A stretch of DNA of 64,000 bases. Origin: Candidatus Eremiobacteria bacterium. Lineage in GTDB: Bacteria > Vulcanimicrobiota > Vulcanimicrobiia > Vulcanimicrobiales > Vulcanimicrobiaceae. The stretch is from NCBI GenBank assembly GCA_963758295.1, contig CAVWUU010000004.1:448001-512000 (forward strand), in the 5' to 3' direction. The notes under the pieces were generated by a model. That model worked only from the letters and a program-made list of their open reading frames with translations, searched no databases and was not told where the DNA came from. The translations under genes were made by a program, and so were the position numbers. The stretch's first letter is position 1, and each line of letters starts with the position of its first letter. Of this stretch, positions 1 to 10,698 are shown piece after piece.

Positions 1-68
1 GTTTGCTTGGAAGGACTCCGGCCGCTGCCTGCGCGGAGTTCCCAGGACGCGATTACGGAGGAAAATCA

Positions 69-536
69 ATGCCCTCAAACGCTAAAGCGGTCCCCGAAGG
101 TTACCACAGCGTAACACCTTACCTCATCGTTCGCGGCGGCAACGATGCCATCGACTTTTATACGAAAGTGTTCGGTGCTCGCGAACGTATGCGATTCCCG
201 GGTGAAAACGGCAAAGTCGGACATAGCGAACTCGAAATCGGCGACTCCGTCATCATGCTCGCCGATGAATCGCCCGAGATGGGCGCGCGCAGTCCGCAAA
301 CCGTGGGAGGTACTCCCGTTGGTTTAGCAGTCTACGTTCCCGACGTCGACGCGGTCGTCGAGCAAGCCGTAGCGGGCGGCGCAAAATTACGTTCGCCGGT
401 CGAAGACAAGTTCTACGGCGATCGCAGCGGCACGATCGAAGATCCGTTCGGGCATGTCTGGTACGTTATGACGCACGTCGAAGACGTCTCCCCCGACGAA
501 ATGGAACGCCGCATGAAATCCGGCGTCAACGCTTAG
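69..536 (+). CDS. VOC/glyoxalase (PhnB-like) family protein
   Basis: PEGYHSVTPYL...FYTKVFGA...DKFYGDRSGTIEDPFGHVW motifs; GGAGG RBS upstream of ATG at 69. Confidence 0.9.
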   Translation: MPSNAKAVPEGYHSVTPYLIVRGGNDAIDFYTKVFGARERMRFPGENGKVGHSELEIGDSVIMLADESPEMGARSPQTVGGTPVGLAVYVPDVDAVVEQAVAGGAKLRSPVEDKFYGDRSGTIEDPFGHVWYVMTHVEDVSPDEMERRMKSGVNA

Positions 537-552
537 CTCTCGATGCACAAGA

Positions 553-583
553 AAAAGAGCCCGGCGAAAAGCCGGGCTCTTTT
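553..583. terminator. Bidirectional intrinsic terminator between the VOC gene and rpsM
   Basis: AAAAGAGCCCGGC-gaaaa-GCCGGGCTCTTTT perfect hairpin flanked by A and T tracts, between convergent genes. Confidence 0.9.
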
Positions 584-607
584 GATAAGCGGACGCCGGT
601 AAAGACG

Positions 608-991
608 TTACTTCTTGGCGACCTTCTTCTTGCCGGCCACCGTGCGTTTGGGACCCTTGCGGGTGCGCGCATTCGTCTTCGTGCGCTGGCCGCGAACCGG
701 AAGGCCACGGCGATGACGCAGGCCACGGTAGCAGCCGATATCCATCAGGCGCTTGATGTTGCCCTGAACTTCACGACGCAGATCGCCTTCAACGCGGAGT
801 TGAAGCTGGTCGATGCCGTCGCGGATCTTCTTTTCGTCGTCTTCGGTCATCTCTTTGACGCGAAGGTCCGGAGAAATGCCCGCGCGTTCCAGCAGCTTCT
901 TCGCCGTTGCCGGTCCGATGCCGTAGATGTACTGCAGAGCGATTTCGATGCGCTTTTCGCGCGGAAGATCGATACCCGAGATACGTGCCAT
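608..991 (-). CDS. rpsM: 30S ribosomal protein uS13
   Basis: [10 protein letters not shown]...[26 protein letters not shown]. Confidence 0.99.
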   Translation of the reverse strand: MARISGIDLPREKRIEIALQYIYGIGPATAKKLLERAGISPDLRVKEMTEDDEKKIRDGIDQLQLRVEGDLRREVQGNIKRLMDIGCYRGLRHRRGLPVRGQRTKTNARTRKGPKRTVAGKKKVAKK

Positions 992-1016
992 TATTATCTT
1001 ATAACTTTCCTTATAA

Positions 1017-1035
1017 TCCTGAGCCTGTCGAAGGA
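1017..1035. repeat. REP-like hairpin copy (TCCTGAGCCTGTCGAAGGA)
   Basis: Identical to the copy at 24873-24891; lies between rpmJ and rpsM. Confidence 0.85.
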
Positions 1036-1038
1036 CGT

Positions 1039-1155
1039 TTAACCCTGGACCTGTTTGTGCTTCGCGTTAACGTCGCAGATCACGCGCACCTTGCCGTGGC
1101 GGCGAATGACTTTGCAGCTTTCGCAGATTTTCTTGACGGAGGGACGTACTTTCAT
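1039..1155 (-). CDS. rpmJ: 50S ribosomal protein bL36, zinc-binding type (not in ORF track)
   Basis: Manual translation [38 protein letters not shown]. Confidence 0.98.
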   Translation of the reverse strand: MKVRPSVKKICESCKVIRRHGKVRVICDVNAKHKQVQG

Positions 1156-1175
1156 TTCCTACTTTTCCTCTTTAG

Positions 1176-1223
1176 CCCTGAGCTTGTCGAAGGGTCCTTT
1201 TTAACCCTGAGCCCGTCGAAGGG
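1176..1223. repeat. Two tandem REP-like hairpin copies (CCCTGAGCTTGTCGAAGGG, CCCTGAGCCCGTCGAAGGG)
   Basis: Copies at 1176-1194 and 1205-1223 between map and rpmJ. Confidence 0.85.
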
Positions 1224-1297
1224 CGTTAACGTTTTGCACTTACAGGCGTTGCTTCACTAAATAATTCTGCCGGTTCCTAAGCCGCGAACGTCGCGTC

Positions 1298-2101
1298 TTA
1301 AGCTACGGCTTCTTCTTTCGGCCGGTAACGCTCGACGTCCGGATGTTCGCCGAACTTCCGCAGCGTCAAAATCTTCGGGCCGTCGTCCGTAACGGCGATC
1401 GTGTGCTCGAAGTGCGCTGCGAGTTTACCATCTGCCGTGACAACTGTCCAGCCGTCCTTGAGGATTTCGACCCGATAATCGCCTTCAGTGATCATGGGCT
1501 CGATTGCTATGACCAGTCCCGGGCGCAAAATCATGCCCGCTCCCGGCTTCCCGTAGTTGGGAACCTGGGGCTCCTCGTGCATCGCCGTGCCCACCCCATG
1601 TCCGACCAGCTCGCGAACCACGCCGTAGCCGGCAGCTTCGGCGTGCTTTTGGACTGCGGCGCCGATGTCGCCCAGGTGGTTGCCCTTTTGCATCTGCGCG
1701 ATGCCGAACATCAGGGACTCCTGGGTTACTTCCAGCAAGCGGCGGGCATTGGCCGAGATGTTCCCCACCGGCACGGTGACGGCACTGTCGCTCACATAGC
1801 CCTCAAACGTCGTGCCGATGTCGATGGAGAGCAAATCGCCCTCGCGCAATACGTAGTCGCCCGGAATCCCGTGTACGACTTCGTCGTTCACGGAAGCGCA
1901 GATAGAAGCCGGATAGTCGTGGTAACCCTTGAAGGTCGGGATGCCGCCCAGCTCGCGAATGCCCTTTTCGGCCATTTCGTCGAGGTAACGCGTGGTGACG
2001 CCCGGCCGCACGGCCTGCATCAGATCCGTGAGCACCTTCGAGGTGATCTTCCCGCTGCGGCGCATCGTTTCGATTTCGCGCGCAGATTTCAAGGTAACCA
2101 T
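1298..2101 (-). CDS. map: Type I methionine aminopeptidase
   Basis: SVNDEVVHGIP, GHGVG..MHEEP, AHFEHT motifs. Confidence 0.98.
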   Translation of the reverse strand: MVTLKSAREIETMRRSGKITSKVLTDLMQAVRPGVTTRYLDEMAEKGIRELGGIPTFKGYHDYPASICASVNDEVVHGIPGDYVLREGDLLSIDIGTTFEGYVSDSAVTVPVGNISANARRLLEVTQESLMFGIAQMQKGNHLGDIGAAVQKHAEAAGYGVVRELVGHGVGTAMHEEPQVPNYGKPGAGMILRPGLVIAIEPMITEGDYRVEILKDGWTVVTADGKLAAHFEHTIAVTDDGPKILTLRKFGEHPDVERYRPKEEAVA

Positions 2102-2104
2102 AAT

Positions 2105-2758
2105 TTAATGCGCGTGCTCCGCGCCGATGGCGTGCAACAGATGATGCGCTACGGCCTCCACCGGCTGCGTAGCATCGAGCGTTTCGAGGCGTCCCGAACG
2201 ATCGTAGAAATCGACGAGCGGCATCGTTTGCGCTTCAAAAACGTCTAGACGCTTCTGAATCGTATCCGGTTTGTCGTCGTCCCGCTGAACCAGCGGTCCG
2301 CCGTCTTCGTCGTCGATGCCGGCGGCTTGCGGCGGATTGAACTTCTCGTGGTAGACGCGTCCCGAACGCGGATTAGTCCAGCGTCCCAGGAGGCGTTCTT
2401 CCAAGAGCGGGCGATCGATTTGGAAGTAGATCGCGTGCGGTAATCCGCGACCGCGCGCTTGCAGCAGCGCATCAAGCGCCTCCGCTTGCGCAACGGTGCG
2501 CGGAAAACCATCGAAGAGCACCGCAGCGTCGTCGCGCAGTTCGCCTTCGACCATCTTGATGATCAAGGCGTCGGGAACCAGTTCGCCGCGCTCCATGTAG
2601 CCTTGCGCCGCTTGGCCGAGTTCCGTTCCGCGGTTGCGATGGTCACGCAACAGGTCGCCGGTCGAGATCTGCCTGTACCCGAAGCGGGCCCGCAAAATCT
2701 GAGCCTGCGTTCCTTTGCCCGCACCGGGGCCACCGAGCAGAACGACGTCGACGGTCAT
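2105..2758 (-). CDS. adk: Adenylate kinase
   Basis: GGPGAGKGTQA P-loop, STGDLLR, DGFPRT. Confidence 0.98.
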   Translation of the reverse strand: MTVDVVLLGGPGAGKGTQAQILRARFGYRQISTGDLLRDHRNRGTELGQAAQGYMERGELVPDALIIKMVEGELRDDAAVLFDGFPRTVAQAEALDALLQARGRGLPHAIYFQIDRPLLEERLLGRWTNPRSGRVYHEKFNPPQAAGIDDEDGGPLVQRDDDKPDTIQKRLDVFEAQTMPLVDFYDRSGRLETLDATQPVEAVAHHLLHAIGAEHAH

Positions 2759-4053
2759 TAGCGCTTGATGAACCCGCGGTAGTCGCGCATCGCAAGACGC
2801 GCTTCAATTTGCGTGATCGTGTCGAGCGCGACACCGACGACGATGAGGAGCGACGTCGAACCGAGGTAAAACGTCGTCACCGAAAGTCCGCGTTGCAGTG
2901 CGCCCGGCAGAACCGCAAGCACGCCAAGGAAGAGCGCCGAGAACACCGTGAGGCGCATAAGGATCTTGTTGAGGTAGGCCACCGTCGGTTCGCCCGGACG
3001 GATGCCCGGAATGAACGCGCCGGTCTTCTTCAGGTTGTCCGCCACGTCTTTCGTGTTGATCACGATCGAGCTATAGAAGAACGTGAAGACTACTACCAAG
3101 ATGAAGTAGACCAAGTTGTACAGGATGCCGTTCGGGCTGAAATAGACGTTCAAGGCCGTCGAGATCGAGCCAACGATGCCCGTGGCGTTCCCGCCGCGGT
3201 TGAACCACGACAGCGCTTGCTGCGGCAGCAGCAGGATCGAAATCGCGAAGATGATCGAGATAACGCCTGCGTTGTTCAGACGCAGCGGAATGTACGTCGA
3301 GCGGCCGGCAAACATCTTGCGGCCCACCACGCGGCGCGCTTGTTGCACGGGTACGCGACGCTGGCCTTGGTACATGAAGATGATGCCGACGATGATGATC
3401 AACGCGAAGACGATGTACAGCACCAGGTTCAGCAACGATTCGCTGCCGCTCGATGCCGACGAATACGTCTGCGCGAGATACGTCGGGTAGCGCAAAACGA
3501 TACCGATGAAAATGATCAGCGAGACGCCGTTGCCGATGCCTTTGTCGCTGATCTGTTCGCCGAGCCACATCAGGAACAGCGTACCGGCAACCATCGCTAG
3601 AATCGCGAAGAGCATATAGCCGATGCCCTGATCGTAGAACACGCCCGCGCCGCGCATGGCGTTGGCCATGAACGTCGCCTGGAGCAATGCCAAAACGATC
3701 GTAAGCCAGCGGGTGTACTGGCTGATTTTTTTACGGCCTTCCTCGCCGCCTTTCTTCGCCAACTCTTCGAGCTGCGGCAACACGACGGTCATCAATTGCA
3801 TGATGATCGAAGCGTTAATGTAGGGCGTGATGCCCATCGCAATGATCGAGAGTTTCTGAAGAGCGCCGCCCGAGAGGAAGCCCAGCAAGTTATAGAACGC
3901 GCCGCTTTGGAGCACGTGTTGCCACGCCTGTTCGTTCACGTTCGGCAGCTGCACGTGGATCATGAACACGAACCACGCGAAGGCGAAGAAAACGAAACCG
4001 ACGCGCTTGCGGATTTCCGGCACCAACAGTGCCGCGCGCAGATTATCGAACAC
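2758..4053 (-). CDS. secY: Preprotein translocase subunit SecY
   Basis: GITPYINASIIMQL, GIGNGVSLIIF, IPGIRPG. Confidence 0.99.
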   Translation of the reverse strand: MFDNLRAALLVPEIRKRVGFVFFAFAWFVFMIHVQLPNVNEQAWQHVLQSGAFYNLLGFLSGGALQKLSIIAMGITPYINASIIMQLMTVVLPQLEELAKKGGEEGRKKISQYTRWLTIVLALLQATFMANAMRGAGVFYDQGIGYMLFAILAMVAGTLFLMWLGEQISDKGIGNGVSLIIFIGIVLRYPTYLAQTYSSASSGSESLLNLVLYIVFALIIIVGIIFMYQGQRRVPVQQARRVVGRKMFAGRSTYIPLRLNNAGVISIIFAISILLLPQQALSWFNRGGNATGIVGSISTALNVYFSPNGILYNLVYFILVVVFTFFYSSIVINTKDVADNLKKTGAFIPGIRPGEPTVAYLNKILMRLTVFSALFLGVLAVLPGALQRGLSVTTFYLGSTSLLIVVGVALDTITQIEARLAMRDYRGFIKR

Positions 4054-4056
4054 CGA

Positions 4057-4620
4057 TTATGCTTCTTCTTCGGGGATCTGTGCGCCGGCGGCCGTCAGCG
4101 CTTCACGAGCGCTGCTCGAGAAGACCACGTCGCGGAACTTTAAGCCGCTGGGCAGCGTCTTACCGGTTTTCGACCCGCCAAGGATCTTCACGCCGTCTTC
4201 CAGCGACTTCAGAATGCCGTGCTCTTTGAGCGACTGGGGCGATACTTCGATCGAACTGTCCCAGGTCGCGAGCTGATGCAGATTCACTACCGCGTAACGC
4301 GTCATGAAGTGGCCGGTGTCGCGGCCCTTCTGCGAATAACCGCGTGCGTGCGGAAGGCGCCGCGCCCACGGCGTTTGACCGCCTTCGAATGCGGGTCCCT
4401 TACCACCGCCGGAGCGTACGGTCTGACCCTTGCCGCCTTCGCCGCCGGTTTTGACCATGCCCGAACCGTGTCCGCGGCCGATGCGTTGGCGCTTCGGCCA
4501 GCTGCCCTTGGCGGGCTTGAGCGAGCCAAGGCTGAGTCCATTCGATGCAGCTGCGGCTGCCGGAGCTGCCTTCGCGCTGGACTTTGCGCTAGCAGCTTTC
4601 TTCGTCTTCGTTTCTGCCAT
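4057..4620 (-). CDS. rplO: 50S ribosomal protein uL15 with Ala/Lys-rich N-terminal extension
   Basis: GRGHGSG...KGQTVRSG...FEGGQTP. Confidence 0.95.
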   Translation of the reverse strand: MAETKTKKAASAKSSAKAAPAAAAASNGLSLGSLKPAKGSWPKRQRIGRGHGSGMVKTGGEGGKGQTVRSGGGKGPAFEGGQTPWARRLPHARGYSQKGRDTGHFMTRYAVVNLHQLATWDSSIEVSPQSLKEHGILKSLEDGVKILGGSKTGKTLPSGLKFRDVVFSSSAREALTAAGAQIPEEEA

Positions 4621-4651
4621 TTTACTTTCTCAAATCGAGGAAATGTTTACA

Positions 4652-4773
4652 GTCTTGTCATCCCGAGTTTGTCTTGTCATCCCGAGCTTGTCTTGTCATC
4701 CTGAGCTTGTCGAAGGACCGTGCATACCAGCTTAGCTGAGATGCGCTTCTGGTTCGACAGGCACACCAATGAC
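4652..4773. repeat. REP/REPIN-like element with three tandem 19-bp units and a degenerate inverted copy
   Basis: GTCTTGTCATCCYGAGYTT x3 (4652-4708) then GTCGAAGGA, followed by GCTGAGATGCGC-N6-TTCGACAGGCACACCAATGAC. Confidence 0.85.
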
Positions 4774-4778
4774 GATTT

Positions 4779-5291
4779 TTAAGCTGCGAAGATCTCTTTG
4801 ACGGTCTTGCCGCGGAGTGACGCGACTTGTTCGGCCGTCTTGAGGGAGCGCAGGCCTTCGATGGTAGCCCGCACGACGTTGATCGGATTGTTCGTTCCGA
4901 GCGACTTCGTGAGGATGTCATGGATGCCGGCGAGTTCCAGCACCGCACGCATCGAGCCGCCGGCGATAACACCGGTACCCGGTGCAGCGGGCTTCAGGAG
5001 CACGCTGGCCGAGCCGACGATCAGACGCACTTCGTGCGGAATCGTCTTATCGACCATCGGAACCGTGACGAGGTTCTTCTTCGCCTGTTCCACGGCTTTG
5101 CGGATCGCTTCGGGAACTTCGCCCGCTTTGCCGATGGCGAAGCCGACTTTGCCCTTGCGATCGCCGACGACGACGAGCGCACTGAAGCTGAAGCGCTTAC
5201 CGCCCTTGACGACCTTCGCAACGCGGTTCACGCGCACGACGGTCTCTTCGAATCCACTGTTGTCGCGTTCGCGACCACCACGATAGTTCAT
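4779..5291 (-). CDS. rpsE: 30S ribosomal protein uS5
   Basis: [22 protein letters not shown]. Confidence 0.99.
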   Translation of the reverse strand: MNYRGGRERDNSGFEETVVRVNRVAKVVKGGKRFSFSALVVVGDRKGKVGFAIGKAGEVPEAIRKAVEQAKKNLVTVPMVDKTIPHEVRLIVGSASVLLKPAAPGTGVIAGGSMRAVLELAGIHDILTKSLGTNNPINVVRATIEGLRSLKTAEQVASLRGKTVKEIFAA

Positions 5292-5656
5292 TAGAAGTTC
5301 AGCCCCGCTTCACGCGCCGCATCAGCCAATGCTTGCACGCGTCCGTGATATTTGTATCCGCCGCGATCGAACACGACGTCAGTGATTCCGGCAGCCTTCG
5401 CTTTGGCGGCAATTGCCGAACCAACCGCTTTGGCTGCGTCGGTGTTGGTGTTGGACTCGAGCGAATCCGCTACCGACTTGTCGCGCGTCGAAACGGCGGC
5501 AAGCGTGTGACCCTTGCTGTCGTCGATCACGGTTGCATAGATGTGATGCAGCGTGCGACGGATCATGAGACGCGGGCAATCGCCCGTCCCGGAAAGCTTT
5601 TTGCGCAGGCGCTGATGGCGCGAGCGACGGGTATCCGCCTTGGAAACGCGCGCCAT
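5291..5656 (-). CDS. rplR: 50S ribosomal protein uL18
   Basis: [28 protein letters not shown]. Confidence 0.99.
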   Translation of the reverse strand: MARVSKADTRRSRHQRLRKKLSGTGDCPRLMIRRTLHHIYATVIDDSKGHTLAAVSTRDKSVADSLESNTNTDAAKAVGSAIAAKAKAAGITDVVFDRGGYKYHGRVQALADAAREAGLNF

Positions 5657-6207
5657 TACTTCTTGCCTGCCTTTCCGGCCTTACCGAGTTTCTTCTTGAT
5701 GACTTCGCCTTCGTAACGAACGCCTTTGCCCTTATACGGCTCGGGTGCGCGCAACGAGCGAATCTTCGCAGCGACTTGACCAACTTGTTGCTTGTCGATG
5801 CCGTCTACGTGAATCTTGTTCGTGCCTTCGACGGAGAGCGTGATGCCCTGCGGCGGATCGAACACGACCGGATGCGAGTATCCCAGGGTGAGATTGAGTT
5901 TTTCGCCCGCCTTAGCGGCACGATAACCAACGCCTTGAATCTCGAGGCTCTTACGGAAGCCCTTGCTGACGCCTTCCACCATATTGGCGATGAGCGTACG
6001 CGTGAGTCCGTGCGCGGAACGCGCCGGCTTCGCATCGTTCTTACGCTCGACGACAACCTTGCCGTCTTCGAGTTTTACGTCGACGACTTGCGAAAGGATG
6101 TGCTGGCGCAGCTCGCCTTTGGGACCTTTGACGGCTACTTCACCGTCGGCGATTTGGATGTCGACGCCGTTCGGAACGGCGACCGGTAATTTACCAATAC
6201 GTGACAT
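5656..6207 (-). CDS. rplF: 50S ribosomal protein uL6
   Basis: MSRIGKLP...[11 protein letters not shown]. Confidence 0.99.
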   Translation of the reverse strand: MSRIGKLPVAVPNGVDIQIADGEVAVKGPKGELRQHILSQVVDVKLEDGKVVVERKNDAKPARSAHGLTRTLIANMVEGVSKGFRKSLEIQGVGYRAAKAGEKLNLTLGYSHPVVFDPPQGITLSVEGTNKIHVDGIDKQQVGQVAAKIRSLRAPEPYKGKGVRYEGEVIKKKLGKAGKAGKK

Positions 6208-6216
6208 TTACAGCAC

Positions 6217-6618
6217 CTACCAAACGTACGCCAGGACTTCGCCGCCGACGCCGAGCTTTTTCGCCCGTTTGCCCGACATGATGCCTTGCGACGTGGAAAT
6301 GATAACCAGGCCAAGACCGCCGAGCACGCGCGGGATCTCGGTCTTGCCCGTGTACACGCGCAAGCCGGGACGCGAAATGCGGCGCAGGCCGGTGATGATC
6401 TTTTCTTTCTCCGGACCGTACTTGAGACGGACGCGAAGCGTTCCTTGCGGACCTTCGTTCAGACGCTGGACATCCTCGATGAAGCCTTCATCTTTGAGGA
6501 TCAACGCGATTGCCTGTTTCACGCGCGAAGCGGGAATGTCGACCGACTTGTGGTTGGCCGTATTCGCGTTGCGGATGCGCGTTAGGAGATCTGCGACGGG
6601 ATCGGTGATTGCAGCCAT
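6217..6618 (-). CDS. rpsH: 30S ribosomal protein uS8
   Basis: [13 protein letters not shown]...[10 protein letters not shown]. Confidence 0.99.
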   Translation of the reverse strand: MAAITDPVADLLTRIRNANTANHKSVDIPASRVKQAIALILKDEGFIEDVQRLNEGPQGTLRVRLKYGPEKEKIITGLRRISRPGLRVYTGKTEIPRVLGGLGLVIISTSQGIMSGKRAKKLGVGGEVLAYVW

Positions 6619-6638
6619 TTCTTACTCTCTAATCTCCG

Positions 6639-6824
6639 TTACCACGAGGCCTTGGTGACGCCCGGAACAACGCCCTTGTGCGCGTTCTCGCGGAAGCAAA
6701 TGCGGCACATGGCGAACTTGCGTAGATAGCCGCGCGGGCGTCCGCACAACTTGCAACGGTTGTGCTGGCGCACGCCGAATTTCGGCGAACGGTTCGCTTT
6801 AACGATCATGCTCGTTTTTGCCAT
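6639..6824 (-). CDS. rpsN: 30S ribosomal protein uS14, type Z (61 aa, CxxC motifs)
   Basis: [25 protein letters not shown]. Confidence 0.99.
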   Translation of the reverse strand: MAKTSMIVKANRSPKFGVRQHNRCKLCGRPRGYLRKFAMCRICFRENAHKGVVPGVTKASW

Positions 6825-7378
6825 TATGCATTGCCTTTCCGAAGCGGCAGACCCATGGCGGTCAGGAACTCCGAAGCTTCTTCGTCCGACTTCGCCGTCG
6901 TAACGATGGTGATGTCCATGCCGCGCGCCTTGTCGACCTTATCGAAGTTGATCTCCGGGAAGACAAGCTGCTCGCGCAGGCCAAGATTGTAGTTGCCGCG
7001 ACCGTCGAACGACTTCGGCGGGAGGCCGCGGAAGTCGCGGATACGCGGCAGCACGACGTTGAAGAGCTTGTCCAGGAACACGTACATACGCTCGCCACGC
7101 AGGGTGACCTTGGCGCCGATGTTCATGCCTTCGCGCAGCTTGAACGCTGCGATCGACTTCTTCGCTTTGGTAATGATCGGCTTCTGACCGGTGATGGCCA
7201 CGAGCTCGCTGACCGCTGCATCGAGGGCCTTCGAGTTTGTGATCGCTTCACCGACCGACATGTTGATGACAACCTTCTCCAGCTTCGGGATCTGGTTGAC
7301 GTTGCCGTACGAGAACTTGTCCTGCAGTTGCTTGCGGACTTCGCCCGAGTACTTTTCTTTCAAACGCGTCGTCGCCAC
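6824..7378 (-). CDS. rplE: 50S ribosomal protein uL5
   Basis: ITGQKP...[10 protein letters not shown]...FDGRGNY. Confidence 0.99.
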   Translation of the reverse strand: MATTRLKEKYSGEVRKQLQDKFSYGNVNQIPKLEKVVINMSVGEAITNSKALDAAVSELVAITGQKPIITKAKKSIAAFKLREGMNIGAKVTLRGERMYVFLDKLFNVVLPRIRDFRGLPPKSFDGRGNYNLGLREQLVFPEINFDKVDKARGMDITIVTTAKSDEEASEFLTAMGLPLRKGNA

Positions 7379-7380
7379 GG

Positions 7381-7731
7381 TTATGCTCCCTTCGCCGAGT
7401 CACGCGCCGGCTCGCCGCACTTCACGCACACCCGGTGCGCAACGCCGTCGGCCGTGCGTCCGCGCTTCAGGCGCGTCGGCACTTTGCACTTTTCGCACAC
7501 GTACTGCAGCGCCGAGATCGGAAGCGGAGCTTCTTTTTCGATGATGCCGCCGGTCTGCTGCGACGACATGTTGCCGCCTTGCTGACCCTGCTTTGTGTGA
7601 CGTTTAACGATGTTCAGGCCTTCGACCGTCGCCTTGCCGGCTGCCGGGAACACGGCCTTCACCACGCCGCGCTTGCCTTTCTCGCGGCCGCGGCGAATCA
7701 TCACCGTATCGCCTTTAACGATTTGCGCCAT
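7381..7731 (-). CDS. rplX: 50S ribosomal protein uL24
   Basis: Start [10 protein letters not shown] at 7731; KOW motif, [10 protein letters not shown]. Confidence 0.97.
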   Translation of the reverse strand: MAQIVKGDTVMIRRGREKGKRGVVKAVFPAAGKATVEGLNIVKRHTKQGQQGGNMSSQQTGGIIEKEAPLPISALQYVCEKCKVPTRLKRGRTADGVAHRVCVKCGEPARDSAKGA

Positions 7732-7733
7732 AG

Positions 7734-8111
7734 TTAGAGAACCTCCGGGGCCAGCGAGGCGATCTTCAGGAACCCGCGGTCGCGCAGTTCGCGCATAACC
7801 GGTCCGAAGACGCGCGTGCCGCGCGGATCGAGGTTGTCCTTGTCGCCCTTGATGATGACGCATGCGTTGTCGTCGCTACGAACCACGCTGCCGTCGGCGC
7901 GACGGATCGGTGCCGAGGTGCGGACGATCACCGCTTTGACGACTTGGCCCTTTTTTACGGCCGCGCCCGGGATCGCGCTCTTCACGGTACCGACGACAAT
8001 GTCGCCGACGTGTGCGTAGTTGTGACGGCTGCCGCCGCTGATGTGGATCACCAGCAGCTCGCGAGCGCCTGAATTATCAGCGACTTTGAGTCGCGTTTCT
8101 TGTTGAATCAT
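7734..8111 (-). CDS. rplN: 50S ribosomal protein uL14
   Basis: [16 protein letters not shown]...SLAPEVL. Confidence 0.99.
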   Translation of the reverse strand: MIQQETRLKVADNSGARELLVIHISGGSRHNYAHVGDIVVGTVKSAIPGAAVKKGQVVKAVIVRTSAPIRRADGSVVRSDDNACVIIKGDKDNLDPRGTRVFGPVMRELRDRGFLKIASLAPEVL

Positions 8112-8114
8112 GAC

Positions 8115-8429
8115 TTACTTCGCACGCTCCACGACTTCGACCAAGCGCCAGCGCTTGTCGCGCGAGAGCGGCCGGCATTCCATAATGCGAACGATATCGC
8201 CGATCTTGGCTTCGTTCTGCTCGTCATGGGCCTTGAAGCGCGTGGACTTACGAACGATCTTGCCGTAAACACCGTGCGGAACGCGCGTTTCCGTGACGAC
8301 GACGATCGTCTTGTCCATCTTATTCGAGGCAACGCGGCCTTGTTTTACGCGGCGCCCTTCGACACGGCCTTTGGCCTCGCTCAGGACAGGCTGCTCATGT
8401 TCGGTTGTCGTTTGGTTATGCTGCTCCAT
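8115..8429 (-). CDS. rpsQ: 30S ribosomal protein uS17
   Basis: KMDKTIVV...KAHDE...ECRPLS. Confidence 0.98.
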   Translation of the reverse strand: MEQHNQTTTEHEQPVLSEAKGRVEGRRVKQGRVASNKMDKTIVVVTETRVPHGVYGKIVRKSTRFKAHDEQNEAKIGDIVRIMECRPLSRDKRWRLVEVVERAK

Positions 8430-8637
8430 GCTGCTCCTCGCCCATGCGCTTCTCCGAAATTACGGTTTGAATCTTTGCGTAAGCGCGACGCATTTCTTTG
8501 ATCTTGCTGAAATCGGTGAGGTGTCCGGTACGCAGCGCAAAGCGCAGGTTGAACAGCTCCGATTTCGTGTCTTTGGCCTTCTGCTGCAATTCTGCAACGG
8601 TCAAGCCGCGCAAGTCGTTTAGCTCAGCCTTTTTCAT
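8416..8637 (-). CDS. rpmC: 50S ribosomal protein uL29
   Basis: ELFNLRF; position between rplP and rpsQ. Confidence 0.96.
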   Translation of the reverse strand: MKKAELNDLRGLTVAELQQKAKDTKSELFNLRFALRTGHLTDFSKIKEMRRAYAKIQTVISEKRMGEEQHGAA

Positions 8638-9053
8638 GCCGTGGCCTCCTCGCGAGCGACGACTTTGGTTCCGATCGGCAGTTTTGCAGCGGCCAGACGC
8701 AGCGCTTCTTTTGCAACGTCGGGAGCAACGCCGGAGAGTTCGAACAGGATGCGGCCCGGGCGCACGACGGCGACCCAGAACTCGGGATTCCCTTTACCGG
8801 CACCCATGCGGACTTCAGCAGGCTTCTTGGTGACCGGTTTGTCCGGGAATACCTTGATCCAGACTTTACCGCCGCGTTTGATGTGACGCGTCATGGCAAT
8901 ACGCGCCGCTTCGATCTGACGGTTCGTCATCCAGCACGGCTCCATGGCCTGCAGACCGAACTCGCCGAACGTCAGCGTGCTGCCGCGCAGCGCGCGCCCG
9001 GTCATGCGACCGCGCTGCACTTTGCGCCATTTAACTCGCTTAGGCGTCAACAT
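8634..9053 (-). CDS. rplP: 50S ribosomal protein uL16
   Basis: [13 protein letters not shown]...[12 protein letters not shown]. Confidence 0.99.
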   Translation of the reverse strand: MLTPKRVKWRKVQRGRMTGRALRGSTLTFGEFGLQAMEPCWMTNRQIEAARIAMTRHIKRGGKVWIKVFPDKPVTKKPAEVRMGAGKGNPEFWVAVVRPGRILFELSGVAPDVAKEALRLAAAKLPIGTKVVAREEATA

Positions 9054-9055
9054 TG

Positions 9056-9931
9056 TTATTCAGCACTCCCTTCGGCCGCCGGTGTCTCCGCCGGTGCAGT
9101 GGCCGCTTCGTTTACGATAGCATCGGCATCGGGCGTCACTTCCGTGGCGCTCGGCGGTGTCTGTGCGGGGCGCGGGGCTCCGCCGCCACCAGGGCCGCGT
9201 CCACGTCCGCCACCACCGCCGCCGCGTCCACCGCGGTCGCGACGATCGCGGAAGCCGCCGCCTTGGCGGTCGTTGCGGTCGACGGTGTTGGTGTTGCGCG
9301 GTTGATCCGGCAGCACTTCACCGCGATAGATCCACACTTTCACGCCGATGCGTCCGAACGTCGTGAACGCTTCGACGTGAGCGTAATCGATGTCGGCGCG
9401 CAGCGTGTGCAACGGCACTTTGCCGTCGGCGTTACGCTCGGTGCGCGCGATTTCAGCGCCGCCGAGACGGCCCGAAACTTGCACCTTCACACCGCGAGCG
9501 CCGGCCTTCATGGTACGCATGATGGCCTGCTTCATTGCGCGGCGGAACGCGATGCGCTTCTCGAGCTGATCGACGATGTTCTGACCGACGAGACGGGCAT
9601 CCAGTTCGGGATGTTTGATCTCCATCACGTTGACCTGAACGTTCTTGCCGGTGAGCTTTTCGAGATTCTTGCGAATGTCTTCGATCCCAACGCCGCGCTT
9701 GCCAATGATGATGCCCGGCTTCGCGGTGTTTACGATGACGCGCGCTTGATTGGCACGACGCTCGATTTCGATCTTGCTGATCGCCGCCGAACGCATCCAC
9801 TTGTTAAAGAACTGGCGGATCTTTACGTCTTCGTGCAGCCAATCGATGTAATGCTTTTTCTCGAACCAGCGGCTGTCCCACGTACGCGTGATGCCCAGAC
9901 GAAGGCCGACCGGATGTATCTTCTGTCCCAT
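9056..9931 (-). CDS. rpsC: 30S ribosomal protein uS3 with RGG-rich C-terminal tail
   Basis: [13 protein letters not shown]...[14 protein letters not shown]. Confidence 0.99.
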   Translation of the reverse strand: MGQKIHPVGLRLGITRTWDSRWFEKKHYIDWLHEDVKIRQFFNKWMRSAAISKIEIERRANQARVIVNTAKPGIIIGKRGVGIEDIRKNLEKLTGKNVQVNVMEIKHPELDARLVGQNIVDQLEKRIAFRRAMKQAIMRTMKAGARGVKVQVSGRLGGAEIARTERNADGKVPLHTLRADIDYAHVEAFTTFGRIGVKVWIYRGEVLPDQPRNTNTVDRNDRQGGGFRDRRDRGGRGGGGGGRGRGPGGGGAPRPAQTPPSATEVTPDADAIVNEAATAPAETPAAEGSAE

Positions 9932-9934
9932 AAA

Positions 9935-10423
9935 TTAAGCGGTAGCCTCCGCGGTTTTAGCAGTACGCTTGGTGGTCGCAGCCTGCGGCGCGCGACGCGT
10001 CGAACGCGCAACATTGACGCTGGCTCCCGGGCGCGCTTTGCGCTTCTTCTGCGGAGGCGTTTCGCTCACGACAACCGTCACGTGCGAAAGACGCTTGCGC
10101 TTGAAGTACGCGCGGCCTTGAGCACGCGGATCCAGGCGTTTGGTGAAACGGCCACCAGGGCCGCCATCGACGGTAATGCGCGTGATGTAGAGTTCGTCGG
10201 TGTTCATGTCGTGGTTGTTGCCGGCGTTGGCGACGGCGCTGCGCACGAGCTTCTCGATCGGTTCCGACGCGTAGACGCCCGCGAACTGAAGCATCACGAG
10301 CGCTTCGCTCACGCGCTTGCCGCGAATTGCATCCGCAACGCGGCGGAGCTTGCGCGGGCCCATGCGCACGAATTTGAGATGCGCGACGGCTTGTTGCGCC
10401 GGAAGAGTTTGATTCTCAGCCAT
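9935..10423 (-). CDS. rplV: 50S ribosomal protein uL22 with basic C-terminal extension
   Basis: PRKLRRVAD...SAVANA...PRAQGRA. Confidence 0.98.
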   Translation of the reverse strand: MAENQTLPAQQAVAHLKFVRMGPRKLRRVADAIRGKRVSEALVMLQFAGVYASEPIEKLVRSAVANAGNNHDMNTDELYITRITVDGGPGGRFTKRLDPRAQGRAYFKRKRLSHVTVVVSETPPQKKRKARPGASVNVARSTRRAPQAATTKRTAKTAEATA

Positions 10424-10698
10424 TACTTCACACCAGCCTTATCGCCACCGTGACCGCGGAAGTGGCGCGTGGGCGCGAACTCACCGAGCTTGTGACCGAC
10501 CATGTTTTCCGTGACGTAAACCGGAACGTGCGCCTTGCCGTTGTGCACGCCGATCGTGTGACCAACCATCGACGGAACGATCGTCGACGCGCGGCTCCAC
10601 GTCTTGATAACGCGCTTGTCGCGCGTCTCATTCATTTTCTCGACCTTCTTCAGAAGGTGGTCCGCGACGAACGGACCTTTTTTGAGACTACGACCCAT
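10423..10698 (-). CDS. rpsS: 30S ribosomal protein uS19
   Basis: RSLKKGPF...[11 protein letters not shown]. Confidence 0.99.
   Translation of the reverse strand: MGRSLKKGPFVADHLLKKVEKMNETRDKRVIKTWSRASTIVPSMVGHTIGVHNGKAHVPVYVTENMVGHKLGEFAPTRHFRGHGGDKAGVK

Noticed and set aside
4652..4717. Tandem 19-bp repeats as a CRISPR array
   Set aside because: Units are contiguous with no unique spacers and no cas genes; they derive from the REP-like element.
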